Shown piece by piece: positions 26,800 through 39,560 of a stretch of 64,000 nt of DNA (positions are counted from its first letter, which is position 1; each line of letters opens with the position of its first letter). Position numbers and translations under genes: made by a program. This DNA is from Lepidodermella squamata. Lineage: Eukaryota; Animalia; Gastrotricha. The notes under the pieces were generated by a model that was given only the letters and a program-made list of their open reading frames with translations, was not told the origin of the DNA and ran no database searches. The stretch lies in NCBI GenBank assembly GCA_047495785.1, contig JBLDXI010000007.1:496001-560000 (forward strand). The letters run 5' to 3'.

Positions 26800-29468
26800 T
26801 CAGAAATTGAACAAAAATCGCCGTAAATAGCCTCGAACTTGGCTTCGAGGCGGCGATGCGCCGTTTGTAGCGACCGGTCGACGGTTCGGATGTTGGGGCG
26901 GGCGTTGAGCTTTACGAGCATGGTTCATTACAGTCTTCTCCAGATGCATGCTATCGCTGTCTTGATCAATCGACCAAATCATCACGCCACCTAAACACTG
27001 ATTTTTGGCGTAGTCGATTTTCAGCTTCAGCGTCTCGTGGTCGTCGAAGCCTATCCACTGGTTGTCATTCCACGCCAAGACTTTAGTACCGGATGGGACG
27101 TCCAAGCGTGGCTTCAATGCCTTGTCATTGCCCAACATTTCCGAAATTTCGTGATAGCTCAACGTCCCGGGGTTAGCGGTGCATTTCCCGGCTTTACCCG
27201 GGCCAGAAAACGGACAGCCGGTCAAACTGCATGACCGAGAGGCTAGCGTGAAAGTTCGCGCGTAAAAGGCAAGGCCGAGGTTCAACTTCTCAGGCCTAAC
27301 ACCAGCTCTGTAATAAATTTCAATCGCAGCGTCGATTTCAGTCAAGTTAGTATGGCTGAGGACGAAGGGAGCTCGAGGAGCGTCCCAAACGCCGTGCATA
27401 TCATAGGTCATTACGTTGACCCAATCGCAGATTTCACTGATAGCCAACAGGTCGAAGTGACGCAAGTACCAGTAAGAAGCCGGAGCGGCGACGGAAAGGA
27501 GTAAGCTGTCGCCGAACTGGCGGCGAAGTTCTTTCAAGAGGAGGACGTAATTTTCCTTATCCTCCCGCTCTCCGCCACGCTCGTCCGCAACAGGGTATCT
27601 AGATTGAAGGTGACATAAAAAGAATATTTTAAGGAAGATCAACTTACTCCCAATCAACGTCAAGACCATCAAAGCCCAAAGCATTGAGCGTTGCGACTAC
27701 CGAGCTGGCGAATTCCTCGCGATTATCTCGAGATGACGTCATTTGGGAGAAGACTTTATTCGTCGGCTCGTCGTTGAAGGCCCAGCCACCTACAGCTAAC
27801 ATGACCTTCAACTTTGAATTGCGCTGTTTCAACTGAACCAGCCGTTGAGCCAGCGTTTTATCGCTCTCAGTCATCGTCAAACGATTTTCGAAAATTGTCG
27901 CGAATGAGAAAATGATGTGGGTGTAAGCGTCTGGGTTTAGGTCCTCCGGCGCGATCAAGCCGCAGTGGCGAACAGTCGGGTCCAATGACCAACCTGCGTA
28001 GTACCCTACGACGCGTTTCAGCGGTTGAGTAGCGCTGTTCGGGCAAACAGGGCGCGCTGGTTTTTCGCAGTTCGATTGGCACCCGAGGCGGCAGAATTCG
28101 GGTGTAGTCCCGCAGTAGCCAAACTGGCTACAGCAGATATTGAGAGGGCAATAGCGGTTCTCCTCAGCGGCGAATCGACCACATTCAGTCTTCGTCATGG
28201 AGTTGGCAGACTTGCCACAGTTCGAGAGGCAACCCTCGCCGCAAAACTCGGCGCCTCGTCCGCAAAATCCCCATTTAGAGCAACACGAACCTGAGAAAAA
28301 AATTAGAATTTTCCCGAAAATGTTAGGTCATTGACTTTACCATCTGAGCAGGGCTTCGTAGCCGAGCACATTTGTTCTTCTTTTTTCAAAGTTTTCGACT
28401 TCTGACCAGTAGGAACTCGACGGTCATCGTCGTAGCAATTCGATAGACAGCCGCTGCCACAAAACTCGTCTCCCATACCGCAGTAGCCCCACTTTGAGCA
28501 ACAAGATCCGTCAGCGCACGGTTTCGTCGCGCTGCACATAGTTTCCGGTTGACTTTTGCTTCTCGACGGCATCATCAACTGGTTGCTGTCAGCGTTACAA
28601 TTTGACAGGCAACCTGCGCCGCAGAAATCTGGCGTCGTTCCGCAAAATCCCCATTTTGAGCAGCAAGCATTGCCGTCGCATAACTTTGTTTTCGAACATT
28701 CGGGTTCGAAATCATCGATGTCGATATTCCCGCAGTTTGATTGGCAACCAGCGCCGCAGAACGCATCTCCCAGTCCGCAGAAGCCATACTTCGAGCAGCA
28801 GAAGCCGTTTTTGCATGGTTCAGCTTTCGAACACTGAAGTAAAGAAACAGGGCGTTGAGTTGAGCTTGCAGCGGTCTGCTCGTCGTTTGTTGCTCCTTGT
28901 TTACAATTGGACAGGCAGCCCCGGCCGCAAAATTCTTTCCCGATACCGCAATAACCCTAAAAATGACGCGTAACTGCGATCGATAGCGGGCAAATTTTAA
29001 TAAAATACCCATTTCGAACAACAAGATCCTATCAAGATAGAAAACCTGGGTTAGATAAGAGTTCGAGGGAATACTTTGATTCATACCATCAGAACATGGC
29101 CGCGTCTCCGAACACTCCTTTTCGGGTTTGTCCAGGCGTTTGCCGCAGTTTGAGAGGCAGCCTTCTCCACAATGCGATTCCTCGTAGCCGCAGTAACCTA
29201 AATTAAATGCAATAAACCGAAATCAACTGGGTCACTATAATGCGTTGGTGAAATGAGCGGCGGAATTATTACTTTGACCCCGTTTTAAAACCCGCAGTAA
29301 TCACTTCTGTGATTCATTTGAATAGAAGGTGAAGTGTTTATTACCCCATTTGCTGCAACAGCTACCGTCAGAGCAAGGTTTCGTGATGGAGCACTCCAAA
29401 GCTAGGACACGGCCGGCAAAAAATGCCAGAAAAACAGTCGCCCGGAACAAGCGGGATAGATCATTCAT
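26800..29468 (-). CDS. Secreted GH18 chitinase with 7 N-terminal hevein (ChtBD1/CBM18) domains, fungal subgroup-C-like; 6 exons
   Basis: Signal peptide from ATG 29468; repeats C....PC..G.CCSKWG(F/Y)CG....C..GCLSNC; CPLNICCSQFGYCGTTPEFC; catalytic FDGLDVDWE|YP; ASYWYLRHFD; HTNLTEI; LGGVMIWSIDQD. Confidence 0.93.
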
Positions 29469-29905
29469 TTTTCGAAATTTCAGCCAGATATCGTGGGTGA
29501 AAAACGTAGTATTATTGGAGCTTGTTTACAAGAAGGCTTGTTACAAGAATTGAAATTTCAAGCTCGTGCTCAACTGAAATCGAAACACGCGATCTAAATT
29601 TACGTAATTCGTCAGCCCTGTTTTCACGCACGACATCAAGAAACCTTAAAATCGTGCTCATCGGCGATTATTTGAAGCGCTAAAATCACTGGAGTGTGTG
29701 ATTGAGAACGATTTTCGATTTCTATTACACTGTTTTATTATTTTAAACATCTTTTTTTAATGTGAAAATGTGGTTAAACAATAAGTTTACTATCTGAGTT
29801 AACATTGAGGTTTGATTCTTCATCAATCGCAGGTACAGACAGGTGATAGCCAAAAGGCCTGGAAATACAAACTGAAAGTTGAAAGTTGAAGCAAGAATCC
29901 TAAGC

Positions 29906-31925
29906 TTACTTTTTATCGTTACTCCGTTTTCGATAAGTTTTTCTGGCGGTGTAAGTCGGCATTTTCTGAGGTATGATAAAGCGCTCCAATTGTCGATTTC
30001 CCGCGCCGATTCCAATGACTTCAAGGTGCCGGCGCTTTCGGCAGTGACGGTGCAGGACGCGGACAATAATCGATAGCGCCAAAATAGCGACAACCCCGAC
30101 GAAAACCGCGGCTAAAATGCGGTTCGTACTCGCGTTGAAGAAGTCGGAAGCGCGCTGATCTGTCGCATTAAAAGCCGAAGCTGTTCAATAATGTTGGACA
30201 CATTTCAATTACCACTACATCTACGAAAATGCGTTTTTGACTATTACATAAACATGTCGCGTTGTCTATGGCTGACAAGACTAAATTTTCCGGGCAACTG
30301 CATTCGAAAGAGCCATTAGAATTGGTGCAAAAATGAGAACAAATCATTGTTTCGGCGCATTCGTCCACATCTATTTGCGAAAAATTAAGCAAATACATTT
30401 TAAAAAGAAGCCCCGGAACCTACCAACACAACTTTTGCCATCCAAAGCCAACTTATATCCTATTGAACAGGCGCAGATATATGATCCAGGGGTATTGACA
30501 CAGTCTTCTTGGCATTGCGCTGTTCTATCAAGGCACTCGTCGATATCTGATGAGATTAAATTATGAAATGAAGACTTGAGTAAACAGATTTTACCTGAGC
30601 ACGTTTGATTGGCGTGTTTATAACCACGCTGACACGTTTTACAAGTGTAAGATCCAAAGGTATTTTGACAAATTTGCTCGCAATTCGCCGATCCATCATC
30701 GCACTCGTTGATATCTAATAGAAAATAATTACGAATATTTTTCATTTTTTTCAGGAAAACTTTACCTGAGCAAGTGATGTTGTTGTCAAGTAGCTGGAAG
30801 CCTTGCCTACACGAGCAGAAGAAGGAGCCTGGGGTGTTGAAGCAATAGCCTAAATTCACGTCGCATTTCGCCAACTTTTCGCCACACTCGTCGATATCTT
30901 CGCATTTAGATCCATCGCCCGCTAATCGATACCCACGCGGGCATTCGCACCTGTACGAGCCTTCGGTGTTAACACACCTATCGGCACATAACGGCTTATC
31001 GCTAGGCAAGGAGCATTCGTCAATGTCCTTGCACGTTTTACCATCTTCGAGCAACGAAAAGCCTGGCAAACATTCGCAACGGAACGATCCAGGTAGGTTG
31101 ATGCAAATTTGGCTGCAATTCGACGCGGATTCACATTCGTTGAAATCGTCACACGTTCTCGCCTCGTTGCCAGCGAAATAACCGGCCGGGCAGATGCATT
31201 CGAAAGATCCCTTGTAATTGACGCATTTTCCAGGTGAGCAAAGTGACGAATTTTTGTAACACTCATTCTCATCTGCATGAAAATTAATTTCAACTTAGAT
31301 TTTCAAAATTGGGTATCGAGTACCTAGGCAAGTATGCTGGTCTTTGGCTAACACGAAACCACTTGGACACGAACATTTGTAGGAACCAGGTGTGTTGATG
31401 CAAATTCCTTGGCAAGGTGGATGTTGGCTCTCCGGATCGGTACATTCATTAATCTCTGAGGAAAGGTAAAAAATGTGAAAAATTGTTGGATAAAACATCG
31501 GACCAACCTTCACATTTTCCAGTCATTGACGAATTCTTGTAACCCGGGCAGCAGCTCCGAATGTCGACGTACCTCTTTGGAGCCGGTGTACATTTCCAAT
31601 CACAGACAGATCTGAAATTCGAAGTTACAATATATTTCGATTGGGAGATGTGATAAAAAAAAATCACCTTTCTTGTTCCCCACATCCAACCTCCTTTTTG
31701 AGATGTTTGCATAACTCGTCGCCCTTCAGGTTTTTGCATACCTGATAGCAAATATCAGGGTCGCGAACTAATTGAGAATCGACAATTTCACAACTGCAGA
31801 AAAATGATAATAAATCTGAAATGTAGACAATCAATGACTTACCTCGACGAAACGCCTCGGAATAAAGTAAAAAATGTTAAGGTGAGGCCGAACAGCGAAT
31901 AACTCCCAGTGACTTTCGGTGTCAT
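29906..31925 (-). CDS. Type I membrane protein with Cys-rich N-domain and 8 calcium-binding EGF repeats; paralogue of 10399-12136
   Basis: Signal MTPKVTGSYSLFGLTLTFFTLFRGVSS; N-domain ending CCPGY...KC; repeated D(I/V)(D/N)EC...C.NT.GS(Y/F).C; TM ILAAVFVGVVAILALSIIV then RHCRKRR. Confidence 0.88.
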
Positions 31926-34185
31926 GCTACATGTTGATTATCAGAATTTACCGAAAAATTAGATTTAATAACCTAAAATTATCATCAATTTATTAACGCC
32001 TAATTTGGATTGTTTACGCTTATCAAAGTGGAGAGTTTGTTGGGAATACATCAACTTACCGTGTTTCCCAGCCGGTATTTTTAGATTACATGCGTGTAAA
32101 TAAAATAATTTTAATCCGCGCGTTCTTTTTCGCACGATCTCACCTCGTTATATAGTCGTAGTTTACCTACCTGCCGATGATAGTAGTCCGTGTCATCATC
32201 TTTTCAAAACGAAACCAACCGTATGCTAGGGCCATTATTACCTTTTTGCTAGAAAAGAAACGCGCGATGGCGGCGACAAGTGGCAGGCAACACCATCTCA
32301 TCTGAAAATAGATGAGCACGCCGCCGTAAGTTAATTCGGTTATAAATGTTTTGACCGGTGTCGCGCGCGATGATGAAGACGCGCCGCATATATGTGCGCG
32401 AGTTCAGAATTTTATTATTATTATTATCATGGCTATTACATTTCAAAGCTCAAGAGTTGCACGAGCGTAAAATAGATGGTGGCGGAACTTGAGGTGTTTA
32501 AATGAATTAAAAGATGCCAATAAACAGCAGCGGCTCGCGCGTTTGTTAAATTTACCTGGAGACGCACGTCTGGCGGTATCCGAACATGCTAATAAATCTG
32601 AGACAAAAATAACAAAAATAACCCTTTCATCTGGAACAAGTAGATGATCTCGATACAGGTGCAAACTGAATTACTCTCGTAAGATCTGGCAAAAGATCAA
32701 GAACTATGGCAACTATAAGGTGGAATCGCAAGTTTTTTTCAAGTAGTGCCTCCGAAGAAAAAATAATATTTCCTTATACGAGGGACAAAAGGTATGGCGG
32801 AAAATCCTACCCTGGGGACAGCGTTTCTTTCAAACGAATAATAGGAGATTTGCTCCGTTTTTTTCAGTGCACAAAAAAGTGCGCGTGTTTTTTGCGAATA
32901 TGCAAATGTGCATTGCAGAAAAGCAATTTACGGTTGAAGATAGCGACCAGTATTTCTTGACTTTTCCCGCTTTGTGTCACCTTGTCCCGACAAGTGGCAC
33001 CCTGAGCCGGTGGGATTTAGTTTCACCGACGCAGTGACAACAGCAGCAACAACAACAATCGGGGCGGTCAATTGACGGCCTACTGCGATGAAAATCGCTC
33101 AAATTATGAAGAAAAAACTGAATGCGAGACAACAAACAAAAATGTCACGTACGACTCCTTGTGGACTGAAATGAAAATTGCCAGGTATATTAAATGAAGT
33201 TATTTCAGTAAACATTCAACACTCGGTCTTATTCAACAAAAATGTTTACCTCATGCATTTTTTAGCGGAAATCGAAAAACAAAGGCCAGTTTTTAATCGC
33301 GAAATGAAGAAGCAATTAACTCTGTATTAGAAGTTCGAAGTTGAAGAACTGGGGAAGCGGCATGCATTTTACAACTATAGGCTGACCATTGCAAGGCGTA
33401 TAATATTATGGCTTTATATTATTCATCAATATTTTTGAGGAAGAAAGCCGTTAACGGAAAATTATGTCAGCTTTCATTTCACACTGATTTATATGAGGAC
33501 GCGCTTAGAAACCAATAGTGCACTTTAAAACGCTGGGATTTATAGATTTATCTCTTAGATATATGTGCTATTAAATAGCGACGATTAAAGCTAAGGCAAA
33601 ATCCAAATATCTACAGATTTAGGGACGCATTTCCGGTTGAGTAATAACATGCTATTCCATCATTCGATATATTTTTTTATGGTAGTTGATGTGAGGATAT
33701 ATGTAAAGTTACCAATCCGCCAGCACCAAAAACAGATTAAAAAAATCCGAGAAAAAAGTGCAGAATCACTTTCACTCGAGATTTTCCCAAGACATACAGT
33801 CGAAATTAGCTGAGGAACTTCCGAAGTCCACTCTTGGAAAATTTTGCTAATACGAAAAAAGCTGTATAAACTTTGTCAAAACAGCCCAGGATAATGCCGC
33901 CAAATTCAGTCCAGATTATTGGCCCGGAATACGTCACTGGACTCGATTTTGGATTCTCAATGGATAAATGCATTTTAAAGAGCGCTAGATTTTTGCTATA
34001 CACCTAATAAGCAAATCCTCGGGGAATAAAATTATTGACAGAAAGCGCTAATTTTGCTAATTTTGACTCTGGGTGAATTCATTGACGTGCGAAGCATTGG
34101 AGCTAAACTCGTGTTTTGTGACTCTTTTTATTGAAAAATGCAAAAAGTGAAACAACTAATCTGCAAGTTCTCATGGCTGTTAAAG

Positions 34186-34345
34186 GTACAGCGACAAAAC
34201 AGCAACTTCGCGAAACAGCGAACGCGACAAAACAGCGAAAACTTGCTATGTAAAAGATACATCGTGTTTCTGCTGTTATGTCGCAAGTTGAAAAAGTTGC
34301 AGTTTTGTCGCGTTTGCTGTTTTGGGTATTTGCTGTTATAACATG
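34186..34345. repeat. Degenerate foldback/inverted repeat made of gcgacaaaacagc subunits
   Basis: gcgacaaaacagcaa/gcgacaaaacagcg on the left and tgctgttatgtcgc/gcagttttgtcgcg on the right. Confidence 0.55.
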
Positions 34346-35368
34346 TTACGATACTGACGAAAAGAAATGTGAAAAAGTTTAGGTCAAATTTAATTTTTTT
34401 GCGCTGCATTTTCTCGACATTTTTCAACGTGGGACTCCTTTCAAATTAGTTTCGCCTGCTTTTCCCATCATTAAAATTACAAATAAAGAAGGCGGATAGA
34501 TTTGAGTGAGTTGGCGGCATCGATTTGCTATTTGATTTTTGATAACGGTAATTAAGATTTTGCGAAGTGTAGCTTGCGAACTTCAGCCGAATATAGTATA
34601 TTACTTGCACATATTAGCAACTCAACTAGGTAATTTTACGAGGAGCAGAGTAAAACAGATAAAATGAGTCTTCTTGCCAGTCCTTTTGATGTGATATTTT
34701 CACATTACTGTTTCCCTTTCCCCTAATTTCATCCAACCTTCGCTCATTGTTGAATAATGCTTAATTATTTCCCCCTTTTCTCGGTCTATACAAGATGTTT
34801 TGTATTTCGTGATTGAATAAGTTGTTGGTTTAGTTTCGATTTTTACTAACTAGAGTTCATTTCCACTGTTACCATTACTAAAATACCACTGATGCGTTGG
34901 ATGACGCTGATTGTAACCATTTCGCTCAAGTCGCTATAAAGATGCATGAAACGCATTGGTCCTAAAATACGTCCCGACATTCCGACATCAGCGCCTATGA
35001 TTGATCAGTAGTTCACGTGTGTGATGATTGGCTAATATTCACGATGAATGTCATTCGATATACCTGGGAAAGGTGTGCAAAAAGTCGCAATTAAGAATAA
35101 CGGTGCATTAGCGTGAGAAAACTGTAATCAAAAATTTGTCGGTACGGTTTGTCTGACATTTTCCAACGTAAAATTTAATCTTCTTAAGCGCATCGCTATT
35201 AAAGATTAAGGAATGGTTTCTCGAATTTAAATTATTATAATTAAAAGTGAAGCAGGATGTCTCAGCCGAACAGACATCGCCAAGCCAAGTCGAAAGTAAT
35301 TTTCGCAGTATTAAAGTAATCACCGACAATTCACGAAAAAACTTTTCTAGAATCCCAGACGATTAGCT

Positions 35369-38300
35369 ATGACTCGCTGTTTCATTGCGGCGTTTTACAT
35401 CGTAATTGTTTTAACTTCTGTCATCATTCAGTCCGCAGAGGTAGGAGACACTCGTAAGCGCCTTGTTATTCTAGCCTTCGTTGCTTTCACTGGCAATGAG
35501 CCGCGAGACGGAACTTTATGCAGGGAATCCATGCAAATCGCCGTTGATGCTGTTAATAACAAAGCCAATTCCCCTAATCGAGACATTTTAACCGACTATC
35601 GTATCGAAGTCATCTACAAAGACGAAGGGCCAAACGCGAATAAGGCTGTTGGAACCCTTTTCCAGCACCTCAACATGTACGCTGATGATGAAAATGTGAC
35701 AATGTCACCTGTAATAGTTGCACCTTACTTCGACAACGGCTGCATTCAAATCGGAACTTTTCTACACCATATCAATATTGTGGCAATCGCAACCAGTTGT
35801 GCAGGGTCGGTTTTTGACCGCAATAGGAGGATGTTTCCTAATTTCTACCGATCGCGATCGCCAACTTCCTTCATAACCTTCGTTTTAGATAGATTCGTTC
35901 GAACTATAGGTGGCTGGAAGAAAATCGCCTTGTTGACTAATGCCAACTCAAATCGCGACTATACAGCGGCTGTTTCATTAGAGAAACTTCTCAACCGAAG
36001 TGGGGTCAATGTTTCGTGGTTCGAGGTTGTTACAGAGATTACAGATGAAGTTATGCTTTCGCTTAAACGTTCCAACATTCGAATCGTTCTCGTCGAGATT
36101 TCAACCCTGTCAATGTTGGTGAATTTCTACTGCGCCGCTCATCGCCATGGAATGGTTGGAAATCGATACTTGTTCCTATCACGAGTTACAGCCATGGTTG
36201 ACCCTTCCCAAAGCTCAGCTAATTTGCCTAGAAATTGCACGGTGGGGATGCTAAGGGATGTGCTGGAAAGTGTAGTTTGGAACGGAGCTTTTATGTTCGG
36301 AGTTGAGGAATCCGGGGTGAATGAACTTGGTTATGATACTAAAGGATTCGAAGCTATGCTTGATAATCGAACCAACAGCTCTCGGATCCCTGACTACGTC
36401 CTTAGGCACCAATGTCATGACGCCATGCTTCAAGCGATTTTAACCCTCGACAACGCTGATAAATCCCTCAGATCGAAAAACTTGACCTTGGCTGATTACA
36501 GGAAGTACCCACGAGAGGTAATGCTAGCCGCTAACGAGAGTGCAGCTGGGATTGAGTACGTTAGCCTCAGAGTTGGGAAGAAACGCTACTCGTCTCGCCT
36601 AGATTTCGACCTAGAACCCTTTCCAACATTTCGATATCGCCGCAATGAATCTTTCCGACTTATGTTCAAAGTTGAACTGCTACCTAATGCTACTCCTTTT
36701 GCTTCGAATAGCTACCAATTTTTACCCCGCGATAGTGTCACCTGGAATACGCCGGATAACAGGCCACCCATAGACAATGATGTAACAGATCGGACACTCA
36801 CGCACTTGCCTGTTTACGTTAAACCATAAATTTGCACACTAATTTAAATGCATTGATTTAAAAGGTGAAAATAGTCGTAGGCCTCGGAATTTTTTGAAAC
36901 TTGGACCTAAAAATTCCTCATCTTTCAAGGATGCTAGTGATGCAAACTTCGAGGTGCGGTTCCTTCCCTATGATTTTTAAATTAGGAAAAAAGATTGTAG
37001 CGATTTTTGTCAGTTGTTAAGTCTATTTTCAAGTTTTTTTTAGCGCCACTCAAAATTTGATTGTTACGAAAAACGAACATCTGTGGCATACTCTATTTTT
37101 ATTGCTATTTTTCAGCTTTAATTTAAGTTGATCGAAAAATTGTAGATAGATATCAAAATAGAAAGAAATTGAAGCGTTTTTCATTTTTCATTCACATGTT
37201 TTCGTTTTGAGCCGCTTTACGGCTTTTCGTCGGTTGCTTCATAGCCACCTGCCGCATTTTGAGCTCATGGCGAAGGAAAGTTCCAGCCGCAACAGCGACA
37301 ATCGATTTGAAGAGTTGATGAGAGTGTGGCGCAGCACCGGCGTCGAATTCTTGGCAAAGGCCGTCAAGAAGCACCGGCCTGGCACAAGCCGCGTAAAAAA
37401 GCGTTCTTTGCACGGCAACGATGGGTAGTGAAGTTCTTATGTAATTGTCCAGATTTTCACGTATGATCGACCGGACGGATTTCACGATTCGATATACCGT
37501 CAACGACTGGCGAGTGAGACTGAAATCGTACTTTTAGATAGCGAATTCCAAGCAAAATGTTTATTACCATAATTTCCCGTCTTGTTTTCGGAAACTGAAG
37601 CCCTTTATCACACGGCATGGAGTCAGAAGGAAATCGCGTGTCAGGGAATCGATGCAGCCGGGGCATTTCAGCTTGTCAGTTAGAAGTTTTTTGACGCAAA
37701 ATCCACCAATGTTGGCAATAATTTCTTCCCCAATTAGGGGGAGCGTTGCTTCGTACTCCATTCCTCTTTGCAGTAACTCGTCTTCAGCTTCAAGTTCGTC
37801 CCATTCAGTTAAATCATGAAGCTCAGCAACCTAGAAGAAAATAAAGTCTCAATTATCGAGGCAAAATCAACCTTGGTCTGAATAAAAAATATCGAAAAAT
37901 TCAAAAAAATTATGGAAAAATCAATTTTTAAATTTAAAATTGAATTAAATCAATTTTCGAATTATTTTCCAATAAATGAGATTTTGTTTCATAGATTTAT
38001 AATAAAACCTACTTCAAATTTCTTTCACAATTTTGCAGCCTATACTAAATATTTTTATCGGTTTCAAAATTTTGGAAAAAAAAAATAAAAATGAGCACAA
38101 TTTAAGGAGGATCATCACTCACCTTTTGGCTGCTATCGTCGCCATTATACAAATGAAACTCAATAAAAATGGGTAGGAAATAGATTTCAAGAAATCCTCC
38201 TTAAAAATTTCCTCTGAAGTGCTGACTTTAATGACACATGCACACAACAACTTTACATTTTTCGAATGCTTATTTTTATCGAGTGAGCATGGCACGCGAT

Positions 38301-39560
38301 GACGCAACACAACAATACAGAGTGTGAGTAATCGATTTTTCGATATTGATTTTCTCGGCAACGAAATCGAACCGCACTACGGGACTTGGATCATTATTAC
38401 CGTAAAAAAATGCCCGATTTTTCGATATTTTTTTCAAGAATTTAGGAGAACAACGACTTTTCGGCCGGATTTATAATGGCCGATCCACGCATAATTAGTG
38501 TTTCAATGCGAAGTGCGTGAGTGTCCGATCTGTACCATCATTGTCTATGAGGCCACCTCGAGATCTTCCCTTGGAATTATCAACAATCGGATTGACAGAG
38601 ATGCAGGTGGTTTCTAAAATCATCGAGGCTTTCGCTGTTTTACTCTCGGCTATTTCCTTATTCCTAATAATTGCATTTCTTAAGAATGCAAATCATTACG
38701 AGATGCGATTTTCGAATAGTAGCCAGCTCTTTGGCTTGATTCTCGTCAACTGCTCAGCGATTTTCTTCGTTGAAACAAACGAATATTGGCCGACTTCGTG
38801 CCAATTACGGTACGCTTTCTGTATTGCCGGATTCGGTGTTGTTCACTCAATCACCGGGGCGAAAATGACGGCTATGTACTACTGCTTGAAGCAAATGAAG
38901 CCAAGTGCCCCGAACAGCAATTTTTCCCGTTTCTCAGCTTCGATGGACCGTATTTCAAGCAACGCAAGTTCAAGGCGTTATCGACTGAATTTGCCAGCTG
39001 TTGCGACTAACCACGTTACTGTAGGGCATTTGCCTCGGAGGGTTGCTTCAAAATTAATCCCGCCTGAGATTGCTAATCAATTCCTTAATAGCGATAATAG
39101 ATTCCCTATCGCCGCTCTCTGTGCATTAAACATCAACGCGGTTGTCTTAGCAGTTTGGTTAGGCATTGATTCACCCCAATATTCACTGAAAAATTTGTCG
39201 AACGAGCCGTACTACGACGCTGCTAATGACGCATTCATATCCGCCTACGCCGGGGTTTGCATTTCATCGACTAGATTAAAATGGTTTTTCAGCATCGCTG
39301 CGATTCAAGTTGTCATGCTTGTCTCGGTTCTCGGCTTTGTCTACAAAATTCTAAGCAAATTTTCTATTGCTTCTTTACCAGCAGCGAAATTCACCTGCAC
39401 TTCGACAATTATTCAATCGACTCTATTAATTGCGGCTTTGTTCACGTTTTGGATCACTGAAAACACGCCGGCTCAGGACCACATCTTTGCAGCTATGTTA
39501 ATTATTTACACTGCTGCATCAACAGCCTTGATTAGGAAATTTCTTTTGAAATGGAGGTGA
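35369..39560 (+). CDS. Class C (GABA-B-like) GPCR: Venus flytrap ectodomain plus 7TM, split by a 1.8 kb insertion/intron (36818-38606)
   Basis: Signal peptide; MQIAVDAVN...ILTDY, FPNFYR, GWKKIALL, WNTPDNRPPID; no Cys-rich domain; seven hydrophobic helices in ORF 38517-39560; both halves join in phase 0. Confidence 0.8.
36818..38606. mobile_element. Insertion carrying a DNA-transposase remnant (P-element/THAP9 C-terminal-like, minus strand 37564-37830)
   Basis: IIANIGGFCVKKLLTDKLKCPGCIDSL fits the (Y)IAG(Y/F)..KKL..CxxC...L motif; stops follow; it interrupts otherwise continuous GPCR coding sequence. Confidence 0.55.
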
